A program made the position numbers and the translations under genes. This document shows, piece after piece, positions 42,926 through 56,283 of a stretch of DNA of 64,000 nt. Origin of the DNA: Eledone cirrhosa (taxonomy: Eukaryota). The stretch spans positions 175,894,001 to 175,958,000 of the forward strand of contig OZ024742.1 in NCBI GenBank assembly GCA_964016885.1, read 5' to 3'. The notes under the pieces were generated by a model that was given only the letters and a program-made list of their open reading frames with translations, was not told the DNA's origin and made no database searches. How positions within the stretch are numbered: position 1 is the stretch's first letter; the number at the start of each line of letters is the position of its first letter.

Positions 42926-44842
42926 TAACTTTGAATAACTTTGAAATGTTTTGGCCAGTATTGGCCCAGGCCATGTCTAACTTAATAGCACCACCTGGCG
43001 AAGTCTTTCAATTCAGGATTTGGGCACCATGGCCCATTCGAGAAGAGAATTACTGTTTGCGGAGACATATCCGGGTGTGGGTGGTTTGTCCGGGATTACT
43101 TGGAGGAATTTGTCCAAAGACTTCTTGAATTTTGTGTGGTCAGTTTCTGTTTTGACGTGTCCTGGTGTGATGTTGAAGAGAGCAGGGCCGATTGAGGTGA
43201 AATAATTGTGCCGTATTGTTGTTATGAGTTGCGATTTAGATTTTTGAATGGGACGGATAGCACGGGGCCCAAGCCTTGGGTGTATCTTGAAGGCGATGCC
43301 AACATCATTTGGGCAGTGATGATGGAACATTTTCCACATCATGCAGATAATATAACGCTCACGGCGACGTTGGAGTGAGTAAAGTTTCAGGTTTTCCAAT
43401 CGACCCCAGTAGTCAAGGTCTGACATGCCATCTATCTTTTTCGTGATTGCCCTTTGAGGAGCTTCAAGTTTCATGATACTTTGTTTCGTGTGGGGAGACC
43501 ACAGTGGACAACAGTATTCAAGGTGTGGTCGGGCGAAAGTAGAGAAGAGAAGGATAATGGTGCGGGAATCTCTCGACTGGAAGGTTCTGAGGATCCAGGA
43601 ACACATTCTGCGGGCCATGTCAACTTTGCTGCTTATATGCGTGGTCCAGCTTATGTTGCTGTCCACGGTTACTCCCAAGTCTCTGATGTTGTTAGATGCC
43701 ACGAGAGTTTCCCCGGAGGGAAGGGAGTACGGGAGTTTCAGAGCATCCTCTTTTCCAAAGTGGATCAGTTCGAATTTGTCTTCGTTCAGTAGCATGTTGT
43801 TCTTTTCTGCCCATTGGGTAACAGCCAGTAGGTCTGACTGAAGGCTTATCCGGTCATCCACGCCATTGATGACCTTTTGGAGCTTGGAATCATCAGCGAA
43901 AATTTTAATGTTGCTGTGTTTGATGATGTCAGTGATGTCATTAATATAGATGATGAAGAGAAGTGGGCCCAACACAGTGCCTTGTGGGACTCCACTACTG
44001 ACTTTGGCTGGGCTTGATTTGACTCCCTCAACTACAACATGTTGGGTTCTGTTTGACAGGAAGCTCTTGATCCACTGCAGCAGCTTTCCAGTGACACCAA
44101 TATTGGACAGCTTTCTCAGTAGAATGTTATGATCAACCCTGTCAAAGGCCTTGCTGAAATCAAGGTAGATAACATCAGTGTTGGAACCCTCTCCCAAGGC
44201 TCTCAAAATGTCATCAAAGTGATGCAGTAGTTGCGTCAGGCAATCCCTTCCATTACGGAATCCATGCTGGTTGGAGTTCAGCATATTGTTACTCTCAAGG
44301 AAGTGGGTCATTCGCGATCTCACCACTCGCTCAAATACCTTAATGATATGAGAGGTGAGTGAGATTGGACGGTAATTCACGGCAAGGGATTTGTTTCCCT
44401 TTTTGAAAACTGGGACAACAGACTGGGATAGAAGGTTTTCTGGCACATATCCAGCATCCAGTGAGTTCCGCCACAGATTGGCAAGAGGAGAAGCAAGTTG
44501 GTGTTGACACGCCTTCAAGACACAAGCAGGGAACCTATCGGGACCTACTGCTGAATTATGCTTGATTTCCTTTATTGCCGCCAAGACATCAGGGGCGCCA
44601 AACGTTATGTCCGATAAGGTGTAATGGGGAGTAACATCGCCGATACAGCCCAGATCGGCCATATCAGGATTGCTGAAAACAGAGCAGTATTGTTTCTGCA
44701 GTATCTCACCCATGGTTTTAGCATTGTCTTGAAGAGTGCCATTTTCATCAATTAGAGGGCCAACAGTAGAGCCAGTGATTTTGTGTTTTTTTGCAAATGA
44801 AAAGAACACTTTGGGATTGAGTTTGATCTTCTCAATGGCCCA
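42926..44842 (-). mobile_element. 5'-truncated CR1-group LINE (intact RT frame), inverted near-identical copy of 46828-48751
   Basis: Translation identical to the plus-strand ORF from WAIEKIKL to the stop at 43013 except VPQG versus VLQG; TTCAAAGTTA repeat tail. Confidence 0.95.
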
Positions 44843-44859
44843 TACATATATATATATAT

Positions 44860-45070
<211 letters not shown>

Positions 45071-45092
45071 CATATATATATATATATACATA

Positions 45093-45228
<136 letters not shown>

Positions 45229-45255
45229 CATACATATATATATATATATATATAC

Positions 45256-45312
<57 letters not shown>

Positions 45313-45348
45313 CATATATATATATATATACATATATATACATACATA

Positions 45349-45380
<32 letters not shown>

Positions 45381-45400
45381 CATACATATATATATACATA

Positions 45401-45440
<40 letters not shown>

Positions 45441-45445
45441 CATAC

Positions 45446-45492
<47 letters not shown>

Positions 45493-45625
45493 CATATATA
45501 TATATATACATACATATATATATATATATATACATATATATACATATACATACATACATACATACATATATATACATATACATACATACATATATATACA
45601 TATACATACATACATATATATACAT

Positions 45626-45658
<33 letters not shown>

Positions 45659-45659
45659 C

Positions 45660-48600
45660 AATTAACAACACACCAAAACAATTAAAACCATCCACTCTCG
45701 CCTCTACATTTTTGCTTAACGCCCAAGGCATCAGCCCTTCCACCAATACTCAAAAATGGAAGATCAAATTCCTGGAGGACTGGATTGATGTCCATCCAAA
45801 CCACATCCCTTTCTTCGTCCTCACTGAAACCCATCTCAGTAACCTCCACTTGGAAGCCGAGGTAAAAGTGAAAAATTTCAAAGCCATCCGTGCTGATCGC
45901 GCTGGCAGAAGAAAGGGCGGAACTGCCATTTATGTCCATAATTCTTTCTCAACAGAGGCTATGAACATATTCACTAATGGATACTGTGAGGCAGTCACTG
46001 TATTCAGTCAAACCAACAACCTATTAGTAGTTGGGCTCTATAGGCCACCCCAAACGCCTGTACCATGCTTCAAGGAATGCCTCAACAGCATAAAGTGTTT
46101 CATCCAAGAGTGTCACCCTGACAACATCTTAATGATGGGGGACTTCAACCTCCCCGGAGTTGACTGGTCCACAAACACCCTGCCACCAGGTTCTTCTGCC
46201 TCAACCTCTGACAGGGAAGCTGTGGAATCGCTTCTTGACTTCATGGATGATTTCTTCCTATCCCAACTAGTGCTCGAACCAACGAGGTGCCACAAAAACG
46301 TCCTAGACTTAATTTTCAGCAATCACACTGACAATATCCACAATATTGCAGTGGAGAAAACTCTACTCTCTGATCATGACATGGTTCTCTGTGATCTGAG
46401 ATTCCACCGTCCAATATACAAACCCAATGTCATTTCTCCTGTCCATCCGTTTGACGCTATGGATTTCCACAATGCAAACTGGGAAGCGATCAGTCATGAT
46501 CTTGCACATGTCGACTGGTCCTTCACGCACACTCATACACCCACTAACATCAAAAAGTCCTGGCAGACATTTGTGGACACTGTTACAAACATATGTGCTA
46601 AACACACCCCATTAAGAACTATAAACAAATCTAAGAGCAGAATCCCTAGAAATAGAAAAACGCTCATCAGAAAAATTAAGAGAATGAACAAAAAAATCAA
46701 CAATCTGAAATACTGTCAGCAGCAACACATCAACTTGACTGCCATTTCATCACTAGAGATTAAAAAACATAACCTCCAAAACAACATAATGTCCCTCATC
46801 AACAATCAGAGAAGAGCTGAAGAGGCCTGGGCCATTGAGAAGATCAAACTCAATCCCAAAGTGTTCTTTTCATTTGCAAAAAAACACAAAATCACTGGCT
46901 CTACTGTTGGCCCTCTAATTGATGAAAATGGCACTCTTCAAGACAATGCTAAAACCATGGGTGAGATACTGCAGAAACAATACTGCTCTGTTTTCAGCAA
47001 TCCTGATATGGCCGATCTGGGCTGTATCGGCGATGTTACTCCCCATTACACCTTATCGGACATAACGTTTGGCGCCCCTGATGTCTTGGCGGCAATAAAG
47101 GAAATCAAGCATAATTCAGCAGTAGGTCCCGATAGGTTCCCTGCTTGTGTCTTGAAGGCGTGTCAACACCAACTTGCTTCTCCTCTTGCCAATCTGTGGC
47201 GGAACTCACTGGATGCTGGATATGTGCCAGAAAACCTTCTATCCCAGTCTGTTGTCCCAGTTTTCAAAAAGGGAAACAAATCCCTTGCCGTGAATTACCG
47301 TCCAATCTCACTCACCTCTCATATCATTAAGGTATTTGAGCGAGTGGTGAGATCGCGAATGACCCACTTCCTTGAGAGTAACAATATGCTGAACTCCAAC
47401 CAGCATGGATTCCGTAATGGAAGGGATTGCCTGACGCAACTACTGCATCACTTTGATGACATTTTGAGAGCCTTGGGAGAGGGTTCCAACACTGATGTTA
47501 TCTACCTTGATTTCAGCAAGGCCTTTGACAGGGTTGATCATAACATTCTACTGAGAAAGCTGTCCAATATTGGTGTCACTGGAAAGCTGCTGCAGTGGAT
47601 CAAGAGCTTCCTGTCAAACAGAACCCAACATGTTGTAGTTGAGGGAGTCAAATCAAGCCCAGCCAAAGTCAGTAGTGGAGTCCTACAAGGCACTGTGTTG
47701 GGCCCACTTCTCTTCATCATCTATATTAATGACATCACTGACATCATCAAACACAGCAACATTAAAATTTTCGCTGATGATTCCAAGCTCCAAAAGGTCA
47801 TCAATGGCGTGGATGACCGGATAAGCCTTCAGTCAGACCTACTGGCTGTTACCCAATGGGCAGAAAAGAACAACATGTTACTGAATGAAGACAAATTCGA
47901 ACTGATCCACTTTGGAAAAGAGGATGCTCTGAAACTCCCGTACTCCCTTCCCTCCGGGGAAACTCTCGTGGCATCTAACAACATCAGAGACTTGGGAGTA
48001 ACCGTGGACAGCAACATAAGCTGGACCACGCATATAAGCAGCAAAGTTGACATGGCCCGCAGAATGTGTTCCTGGATCCTCAGAACCTTCCAGTCGAGAG
48101 ATTCCCGCACCATTATCCTTCTCTTCTCTACTTTCGCCCGACCACACCTTGAATACTGTTGTCCACTGTGGTCTCCCCACACGAAACAAAGTATCATGAA
48201 ACTTGAAGCTCCTCAAAGGGCAATCACGAAAAAGATAGATGGCATGTCAGACCTTGACTACTGGGGTCGATTGGAAAACCTGAAACTTTACTCACTCCAA
48301 CGTCGCCGTGAGCGTTATATTATCTGCATGATGTGGAAAATGTTCCATCATCACTGCCCAAATGATGTTGGCATCGCCTTCAAGATACACCCAAGGCTTG
48401 GGCCCCGTGCTATCCGTCCCATTCAAAAATCTAAATCGCAACTCATAACAACAATACGGCACAATTATTTCACCTCAATCGGCCCTGCTCTCTTCAACAT
48501 CACACCAGGACACGTCAAAACAGAAACTGACCACACAAAATTCAAGAAGTCTTTGGACAAATTCCTCCAAGTAATCCCGGACAAACCACCCACACCCGGA

Positions 48601-48751
48601 TATGTCTCCGCAAACAGTAATTCTCTTCTCGAATGGGCCATGGTGCCCAAATCCTGAATTGAAAGACTTCGCCAGGTGGTGCTATTAAGTTAGACATGGC
48701 CTGGGCCAATACTGGCCAAAACATTTCAAAGTTCAAAGTTATTCAAAGTTA
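45660..48751 (+). mobile_element. CR1-group (CR1/L2/Crack-like) LINE truncated at the start of ORF2
   Basis: Uninterrupted ORF2, short 3' UTR ending in TTCAAAG(TTA) tandem repeats, flanked by TA/TACA microsatellite. Confidence 0.95.
45712..48657 (+). CDS. LINE ORF2: APE endonuclease plus reverse transcriptase (981 aa, frame open upstream, no ATG)
   Basis: LTETHL, GGTAIYV, YRPP, GDFN, LDLIF, SDHD (APE); GPD, NYRPISL, QHGFR, DFSKAFD, QGTVLGP, FADD, DLGV, RPHLEYC (RT). Confidence 0.93.
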   Translation: MLNAQGISPSTNTQKWKIKFLEDWIDVHPNHIPFFVLTETHLSNLHLEAEVKVKNFKAIRADRAGRRKGGTAIYVHNSFSTEAMNIFTNGYCEAVTVFSQTNNLLVVGLYRPPQTPVPCFKECLNSIKCFIQECHPDNILMMGDFNLPGVDWSTNTLPPGSSASTSDREAVESLLDFMDDFFLSQLVLEPTRCHKNVLDLIFSNHTDNIHNIAVEKTLLSDHDMVLCDLRFHRPIYKPNVISPVHPFDAMDFHNANWEAISHDLAHVDWSFTHTHTPTNIKKSWQTFVDTVTNICAKHTPLRTINKSKSRIPRNRKTLIRKIKRMNKKINNLKYCQQQHINLTAISSLEIKKHNLQNNIMSLINNQRRAEEAWAIEKIKLNPKVFFSFAKKHKITGSTVGPLIDENGTLQDNAKTMGEILQKQYCSVFSNPDMADLGCIGDVTPHYTLSDITFGAPDVLAAIKEIKHNSAVGPDRFPACVLKACQHQLASPLANLWRNSLDAGYVPENLLSQSVVPVFKKGNKSLAVNYRPISLTSHIIKVFERVVRSRMTHFLESNNMLNSNQHGFRNGRDCLTQLLHHFDDILRALGEGSNTDVIYLDFSKAFDRVDHNILLRKLSNIGVTGKLLQWIKSFLSNRTQHVVVEGVKSSPAKVSSGVLQGTVLGPLLFIIYINDITDIIKHSNIKIFADDSKLQKVINGVDDRISLQSDLLAVTQWAEKNNMLLNEDKFELIHFGKEDALKLPYSLPSGETLVASNNIRDLGVTVDSNISWTTHISSKVDMARRMCSWILRTFQSRDSRTIILLFSTFARPHLEYCCPLWSPHTKQSIMKLEAPQRAITKKIDGMSDLDYWGRLENLKLYSLQRRRERYIICMMWKMFHHHCPNDVGIAFKIHPRLGPRAIRPIQKSKSQLITTIRHNYFTSIGPALFNITPGHVKTETDHTKFKKSLDKFLQVIPDKPPTPGYVSANSNSLLEWAMVPKS

Positions 48752-48845
48752 CATACATACATATATATATATATATACATACATATATATATATATACAT
48801 ACATATATATATATATACATACATATATATATATATACATACATA

Positions 48846-48881
<36 letters not shown>

Positions 48882-49100
48882 CATATACATATACATATAC
48901 ATACATACATATATATATACATACATATATACATATACATACATACATATATATATACAAAGATACATATATACATACATACATACATATATATACATAC
49001 CTACATATATACATACATATATATATATACATATATCCATACATACATACATCCATACATATATACATACATATATACATACAAATGTACATACATACAT

Positions 49101-50940
49101 ACTGGTTGGAGAATTTTACTTTCTATCGGCAATATCTCATACGGCTGTTTACAGAAACCATTTAAGGCACACAATAACTGCCCAGATGGTTATCAACTGC
49201 CACTATGCTCCTCATTCCCCAAAATAGCCAAACCACCCTTGCTAAAAATTACTGCCCAATAGCCTGCCAAAACATCATGTATAAATTATATACTGGGTGC
49301 CTTAACCTGTTCTTACAGGATCACTGTGCTACCAACAACATCATAACACCTGAGCAAGCTGATGGAAAGGGGAAGGTTGCATAGATCACCTACTAACTAA
49401 TAAAATGATTCAAGAAAACACACCAAGAACTGGTACAGCAATTTGATCCTTAGAGGTGAGAAGGAGCAAGTTAAGACTGATAAGATACATTACCAGAAGG
49501 GCATCTTTCAGTGTGATAGCTTGTCAGTACTACTCTTTGTTCTCTCAGTAAATCCACTATCTTACCTACTCAGGAAACAAGGTGGACAAAGAAGTGAGTC
49601 TAGAAGTATCTCCCATATTTTCTTTGTTGATGACCTGAAATTGTATGGGCCAAATATCAATGACATCAAGAAACTATTGGACCTCATTACACAATTTTCA
49701 ACAGACATCAAAATGAAATTTGGTGAGTCCAAGTGTGCATATTTGGCAGTAAAATGTGGAAGAGCTGTGCCATCCTCTAAAAATCTAGAGATGAACGGCC
49801 TGACAATACAACCTCTACAGTCAGGTGACAACTACAGATATCTTGGACAGGATGAGAATGTCAGATATGATGGACCCATAAATAGGGAGAGAAGCAGAAC
49901 TGAATACTTCAGAAGAGTAAAGAAAATATGGTTATCAGAACTGTCAGCGTACAACAAATACATTGCCCACAATACTTATGCTGTGCCAATTCTAACGCCA
50001 ACATTTGGCCTGCTGAACTGGTCATTGCAAGAACTAAGTGAGATGGATGTTAGAACAAGAAACCTTCTCAGTGTTACTGAGAACTTTAACATCAATGGTG
50101 ATGTGGATAGGCTATACTTCTCACGCAAGGAAGGTGGCCAGGGTCTAAAATCCATATTAACATCATATGAGACCCGGATAGTAACACTGAAGCAACATCT
50201 TCAACAGAGGAAAAAGGTTGGCAACCATCTTGCCCAGGTTGAACATGAAAAAAAAAAAAATCGTTAGAATAGCCACTGATCTGGAGGAGAGATATGGAAT
50301 AAAGCCTGATATAAATCTCTCACCCAGAGAAATCGGAAGATCCTATTCAATGTTCAAACAAGATGAAAAAATTGACCAATTTACAGAAAAAGTTGTGCAT
50401 GGATACTTGAGACGTAAAATACAGACCATAGAGGAGATAAACCACTCAAAAAGCCTGGCATGGAGTTCCGACAAGTTTATGACATCACACCTTGAGGGAT
50501 ATCTCTATGCAATACAGGAACAAAAACTCCCTACCAAATATCTGCTGCACAAAAGGGGAGGGACATCAGCTCACAATACATGTAGGTTATGTAAAACAAA
50601 GATCGAGGATGTAAGCCACATTGTTGCCAGCTGCGAAAGAATGTCATCTCGCTACTACCTTCCCATGAGACACGATGAGATAGCTAGAACCATCTGGAAT
50701 GCACTTCGGAAAACAAAATGAACAACAAACGAGGAAGAATATATTGAGACAGATGGCACTAAGGAATACTGGTGGAACCTGAAAATAAAAACTGCCACCA
50801 AATTAAAGCACAACCGGCCAGATATTGTTGTTTGGGACCACACATGGGAAACGTGATTCTATTGTGGAGATCAGCTGCCCACTTGATATAAATGTTGTCA
50901 TAAAAATACAGGAGAAGTAGGACATCTACGGACCATAACT
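49101..50940 (+). mobile_element. second R4/Dong-like non-LTR retrotransposon, degenerate and internally deleted
   Basis: GIFQCDSLS, FFVDDLKLY, YRYLG, DRLYFSRKEGG, CRLC...HIVASC, RHDEI, KHNRPDIVVWD. Confidence 0.9.
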
Positions 50941-51029
50941 GTTGAGTGCTACTTATCCGATACTTGCATTGCTTTATTGTTCTACAATAAAACTCACCTC
51001 CTACATTATATACACATATATATACACAC

Positions 51030-51060
<31 letters not shown>

Positions 51061-51061
<1 letters not shown>

Positions 51062-53680
51062 TTGATGCCTTTGACAATAAGGAAGAGCAATTAGAGACGT
51101 GCGATATAGAGGAACAGAGGCAATTCTTGAAAGTGAACCTGCTGAAAGTAACGGATGAAATCTGTGGCTGGAGCAGACTTACTGGCAGGAAGAGAGTAAC
51201 TTGGTGGTGGAACTGTAAGGTAGAAGAGACAATCAAGGCCAAAAAGCAGGCTTGGAAAGTTTGGCAGGATGGGGGAAGTATAGAGCACTATCAAGTGGCC
51301 AGGAGAAAAGATAGGAGATAAGTGTACCTTGCAAAAAGGGAAGCAGAGGAAAGAAAGTTCAAGCATGTTCTACAACGTGAGGACCAAAAACGCGAGGTGT
51401 TCAGGATTGATAGACAATGTGTCAAGATAAACCGTGATATTGTCGGGGAGAAGTGTGTCCATAATAATAACGGTGTACTTGCCCTCACTGATGCTGAAAA
51501 GAAGATAGCCTGGAAGTGTCACTACGAGAGACTATTAAATGAGGAGAATAAGTGGGAAAAAGATAGTCTGCCCCAAATCGATCCAATAGAAGAACCAACG
51601 GTGCAAGTTAAAGGTAGTATAATAAGTAAGGCAATCAAAGATATGAAGACAGGCAAGGCAGCTAGGCCTTCGGAAATAGTTGCTGAGATGTTGAAGGCAT
51701 CTGGAATGGTGAGACATACTTTGGTCACCCATATAGTTAACCAAGTAATACAGAATGGAGTCATACCAAAAGACTGGCGTAGCAGCATCATCATTAACTG
51801 CTACAAGGGTAAAGGAGATGCACTAGATAGAGGAAACTATAGAGGCATTAAGTTAGTTGACCAGCTCATGAAGGTCATAGAAAGAGTTATAGCGCAACTA
51901 ATCAGAGAGCGAATTGATCTAGATGAATGCAGTTTGTGTTTGTGTCAGGTAAAAGTACCACAGACGCTCTTTTCCTTGTACGACAACTACCAGAGACGTA
52001 CCTAGCTAAAAATAAACCCCTCTACTTAGCTTTTGTAGACCTGGAAAAAGCCTTTGACAGAGTCCCCTGATCCATTATCTGGTGGGCTCTTAGAAAACTA
52101 GGTGTAGATGAATGGCTTGTTAGAGTTATACATGCTATGTATAATGAAACAGTCAGTAAGGTTAGAATTAACAATGAATATTGTGAAGAATTTAGTGTAA
52201 AAGATGGTGTTCACCAAGGCTCTGTCCTTAGCCCCCTCTTATTTATTATTGCCCTTCGGGCTATAACAGAAGAGTTCAAGACCGGCTGCCCAAGGGAACT
52301 CCTATACGCAGATGATCTAACGCTCATAGCTGAATCAATGACTGAACTAGAAAAGAAATTCCAAACATGGAAGCATGGCCTAGAATCAAAAGGCCTTAAA
52401 GTTAACTTGTCTAAGACTAAAGTCCTAGTTTGTAGGAAGGAAAATAAGGCACGGGTACCCTCAGGGAAATGGCCTTGCTCAGTGTGTAGGAAAGGAGTAG
52501 TCAGAAATTCAATTTTATGTCCCAAATTTAAAGTATGGGTGCATAAAAGATGTAGTGGGATCACAGGTAAACTATCTAAGAACGTAGACTTTATATGTGG
52601 CCGATGCTCAGGTGCAATAGGTAGCAAGTGTCCACAGGATACTAGCCCCTTCTATTGCCCAAATGGTTCTATAGAAATAGTAGACACTTTCCGTTACCTG
52701 GGTGACGAAATAAGCAGTGGAGGAGGGTGTTCTGAAATTACAGTAGCCAGAGTCAGAATGGGATGGAAAAAGTTCAGAGAGCTTATACCGCTGTTGGCGA
52801 CAAAAGGTTTCTCTCTAAAAATGAAAGGCAGATTGTATGAAGCTTGTATACGAACAGCAATGCTACATGGCAGTGAGACATGGGCATTACGTGCAGAGGA
52901 CCTGTGTAGACTGGAAAGGAACGAAGCATGCATGCTCCGTTGGATGTGTAATAGTAATATACGTGAACAGCAAAGCATAAATGAACTAAGTGAGAAATTA
53001 GGAATAACAGGGATCAGATGCTGTTTCCTCGAGAGATGACTACGTTGGTATGGCCACGTGATGCGCATGAAAGACGACAGCTGTATAAAAAAGTGCAGGC
53101 CGATCAAAATTGATGGTAGTTACGGAGTAGGTAGACCCAGAAACACCTGGGACGATCTGATAAATTCCGACCTTACACATTTACACTTCTCTAACACAAT
53201 GTCACTGGACCGAGATCTTTGGCGCTATGCAGTAATACAGAAGACCCGCCTTGCCTATGTACAAAGCAAAACCTACAGTCAGTAGGAACCTCTTAACCAA
53301 ATATACACCCCAATCCACTGCCCCTACCCTATCCTCCAACTCCCACCAACACCACCCTCTCTCTATAAAGTTGGTACCACATCCTGTCCAAATAAATGAG
53401 ATAATGAGATCGAGATTGAGATAGTGTAGGTCTCACGAGAAAAAACACACAGTCCACGCTGTAATGTGGCCGTGTAGGTAACACGGTAACAAGTTCCCAG
53501 TTCCACACTGTAAATGTGGTTGGTGTTAGGAAGGGCATCCAGCCATAGAAATCCTGCCAGATAGTCCTATATGAGCGAGACATGGTCACCCGACCAACCT
53601 TGCATCAAGTGGGACAACTCCCGTCTAACCCATGCTAGCGTGGAAAATGGACGTTAAATGAAGATGATGATGATGATGAT
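51061..53680 (+). mobile_element. 5'-truncated RTE-clade LINE, pseudogenised
   Basis: TWWWN, NYRGIKL, FVDLEKAFDRVP, GVHQGSVLSP, YADDL, FRYLG, LHGSETW, WYGHV, GRPRNTW; 3' UTR ending (GAT)n. Confidence 0.93.
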
Positions 53681-54044
53681 ATATATATATACAAAATGTT
53701 TATGTGACATATATTTGTAAAAAATAGCAGACTGAATTATTTGATATCAGGCCAACAAAACTCAAGTATTTGCCTAATGCCATTGTTGTAGAACTGACTG
53801 TACATAGCTCATCCCACAGACTGAGTGCTCCAATCCATTGGATATTTTTAACAAAGTTTTTACTACAATGTATATGGGACAAGATTCTTTATAGTTTCTA
53901 TTAACCTAATTTTACTCACAAGGCATTGGTCTGGCTGAAGTTTTAGTAAAAGACACTTCCCCCATGCTGTATTGAACCAGAAATCATGTGATTGTAAAGC
54001 AAATATCTTAAACATACATGCTTGCATCTTTACAATATATAGTC

Positions 54045-54245
54045 ATTTCTATTTTAAGCACAAGGCCAGCAATTATGGGTGGAGGGATTAGATCGACCTC
54101 AGTACTAAACTGGTAGTTTATATTATTGATCTCAAAAGGATGAAAGGTAAAATTGACCTCAACAGGATTTGAACAAAGAACACAAAGAAGCAGAAAAAAA
54201 TACTGCAAGGCATGCCATCTGATGCCCTAATAAGTCAATCAATTC
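54045..54245 (-). mobile_element. degenerate family A SINE
   Basis: GCACAAGGCCAGCAATT...AAGGATGAAAGGTAAA...GGATTTGAAC; another copy at about 58198-58385. Confidence 0.7.
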
Positions 54246-54823
54246 ACTTTACTCTTGCAATATATAACAATTACTTTGAACAGCTTTTTTAATATGACAA
54301 GATAAAGCAGGTGAATTTTTGTTCATTTTGCTGCTATTTCTGTCATCAATAATAGAAACAATTTAAAATCACCACCACCAGAACGGTATTATATACTAGT
54401 ACATAATTCGTTGTTTTAGAGTAAAATTATCATCAACATTTAACATCCATCTTCCACGCTAGCATATAATATATATTTTAAATCAGGTGACAACCAAAGA
54501 TGATACTTCAAATCCTTTTATTAACATCTATATACACAAACATGGCTCTGTAGTTAAGAAGTTCATTTCATAACCATGTAATTTTGTGTTCAATGATAAT
54601 GTCTTCTACTATAGCCATACGTTAACCAATGCCTCATGAGTAGAATTTAGTAGAAGGCAACTACAGAAGAAAACCATATATGTAGATGTGTATAAAAATA
54701 TATGTGTGTCCATATGCCTGCGTTTACAATTCTATCCCTTTTTACGTCTCATAATTTAGTAAGTCCTTCATCAGAAAATAGAATGAGAAATTAAAGAAGA
54801 AAGAGAAACGTTATGTGATAATA

Positions 54824-54896
54824 ATTGTTTCTACTTTTGGCACAAACCAGTATTGCATTGGGTAATTGCTGGCCTTGTGCCAAAAGTAGAAACAAT
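54824..54896. repeat. 73-nt fold-back made from the SINE A 3' end
   Basis: Perfect 22-bp arms ATTGTTTCTACTTTTGGCACAA / TTGTGCCAAAAGTAGAAACAAT. Confidence 0.9.
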
Positions 54897-55904
54897 AATT
54901 TAGTAATTACACAGATAAATGACTGATAAAACAAGTACCAAACTTGAAAAACTTCTGGGGTTGTCATAGACTAAATCAAGGTGGCGCCTTTAAATGGCTA
55001 CAATCTACTAAATAAAATATGTACACACACACACACACATGCACACACACACACATGCAATACTGTTGTCAGAAAATGCATTTCAGAACATTTGTCTTCT
55101 GTGAATTATAATATTTTAAAACCTGTTCAACAGGTTGCTGTGTTTGTGTGGCAGACAGACTGAATGGTTGTTATATTACAGAAGGTGTCACAGAAAAGGT
55201 TAACTTTACTTAGATATGAATGAAATTTCATATAATTCTGTTTTAGTAAAGTAGAATATGTATTATTTACATTGTGGATTTTATTGCATTTATGATAAAT
55301 ATAACTACTTGAGAAATAGATGTAGGATCACCAATACATTTATGAGCTGAAGTTCAGATAATAGAATAACAGAACAGAATATAATAATCAAATAAAGGTG
55401 TAATGGAATTGATAGTCTTTGTATTTGCTCTATTGTTACAAAGAAGTATTTCAACTTACACTAGTCTCCATGTAAATAATATACTGAAAGTCTTGTATTG
55501 TCAAATTGTAAGTTTTAAAAGAATGTAGGAATGACTTGTATGCAAGTCTCATTAATATTAAGAGATGAGTGGGATAACAAAAGTGTGGGAGTGATAGGGG
55601 GGTGTCAGAAAATAAGAAAAAGAAGGAATAGAAGTTGGAGCAAACAAAGAAGGGAGGAAAAGAAAAGGAGGAAAAAGAAAGTATGGAAAGTTAAGACCAA
55701 AGGAGGATAGAAGTTGATCATTATAGTTGTTTGACTTTATGTCTGTGTGTATAGTTTTAACACTTTTCTAGATATTGGATTACTATAAACTTATCTTGGC
55801 TCTTTGTAATGTCTTCTTTATATTACAACTTAAAGAGAAAATGTTCTATTACACTAGAAATATGTCCAAAGACCAAATCTTTGCGGATAAGACAATAATA
55901 ATAA

Positions 55905-56283
55905 TAATTGTTTCTACTTTAGGCACAAGGCCAGCAAATACCCAGTGCATTACTGGTACTTTATTTCATCGACCCCGTAAGGATGAAAGGCAAAGTCAAC
56001 CTTGGCAGGATTTGACTCAGATTGTAAAGGGACGTAACTATGCTGGAAAGCGTGGTGTCTGACCCTCTACCGATACTGCCAATCCACCGCCCTTTTTGTT
56101 TCTACGTTAGGCACAAGGCCAGCAAATACCCAGTGCATTACTGGTACTTTATTTTATCGACCCCGTAAGGATGAAAGTCAAAGTTAACCTTGGCGGGATT
56201 TGAACTCAGAATGGCAAGGGCCGTAACTCTATACCTCAAAGCATGGCGTCCGACCCTCTACCAATACTGCCAATCCACCGCCG
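55905..56283 (-). mobile_element. tandem dimer of young family A SINEs
   Basis: Two near-identical units of about 188 bp, TTGTTTCTAC...CTGCCAATCCACCGCC. Confidence 0.9.
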
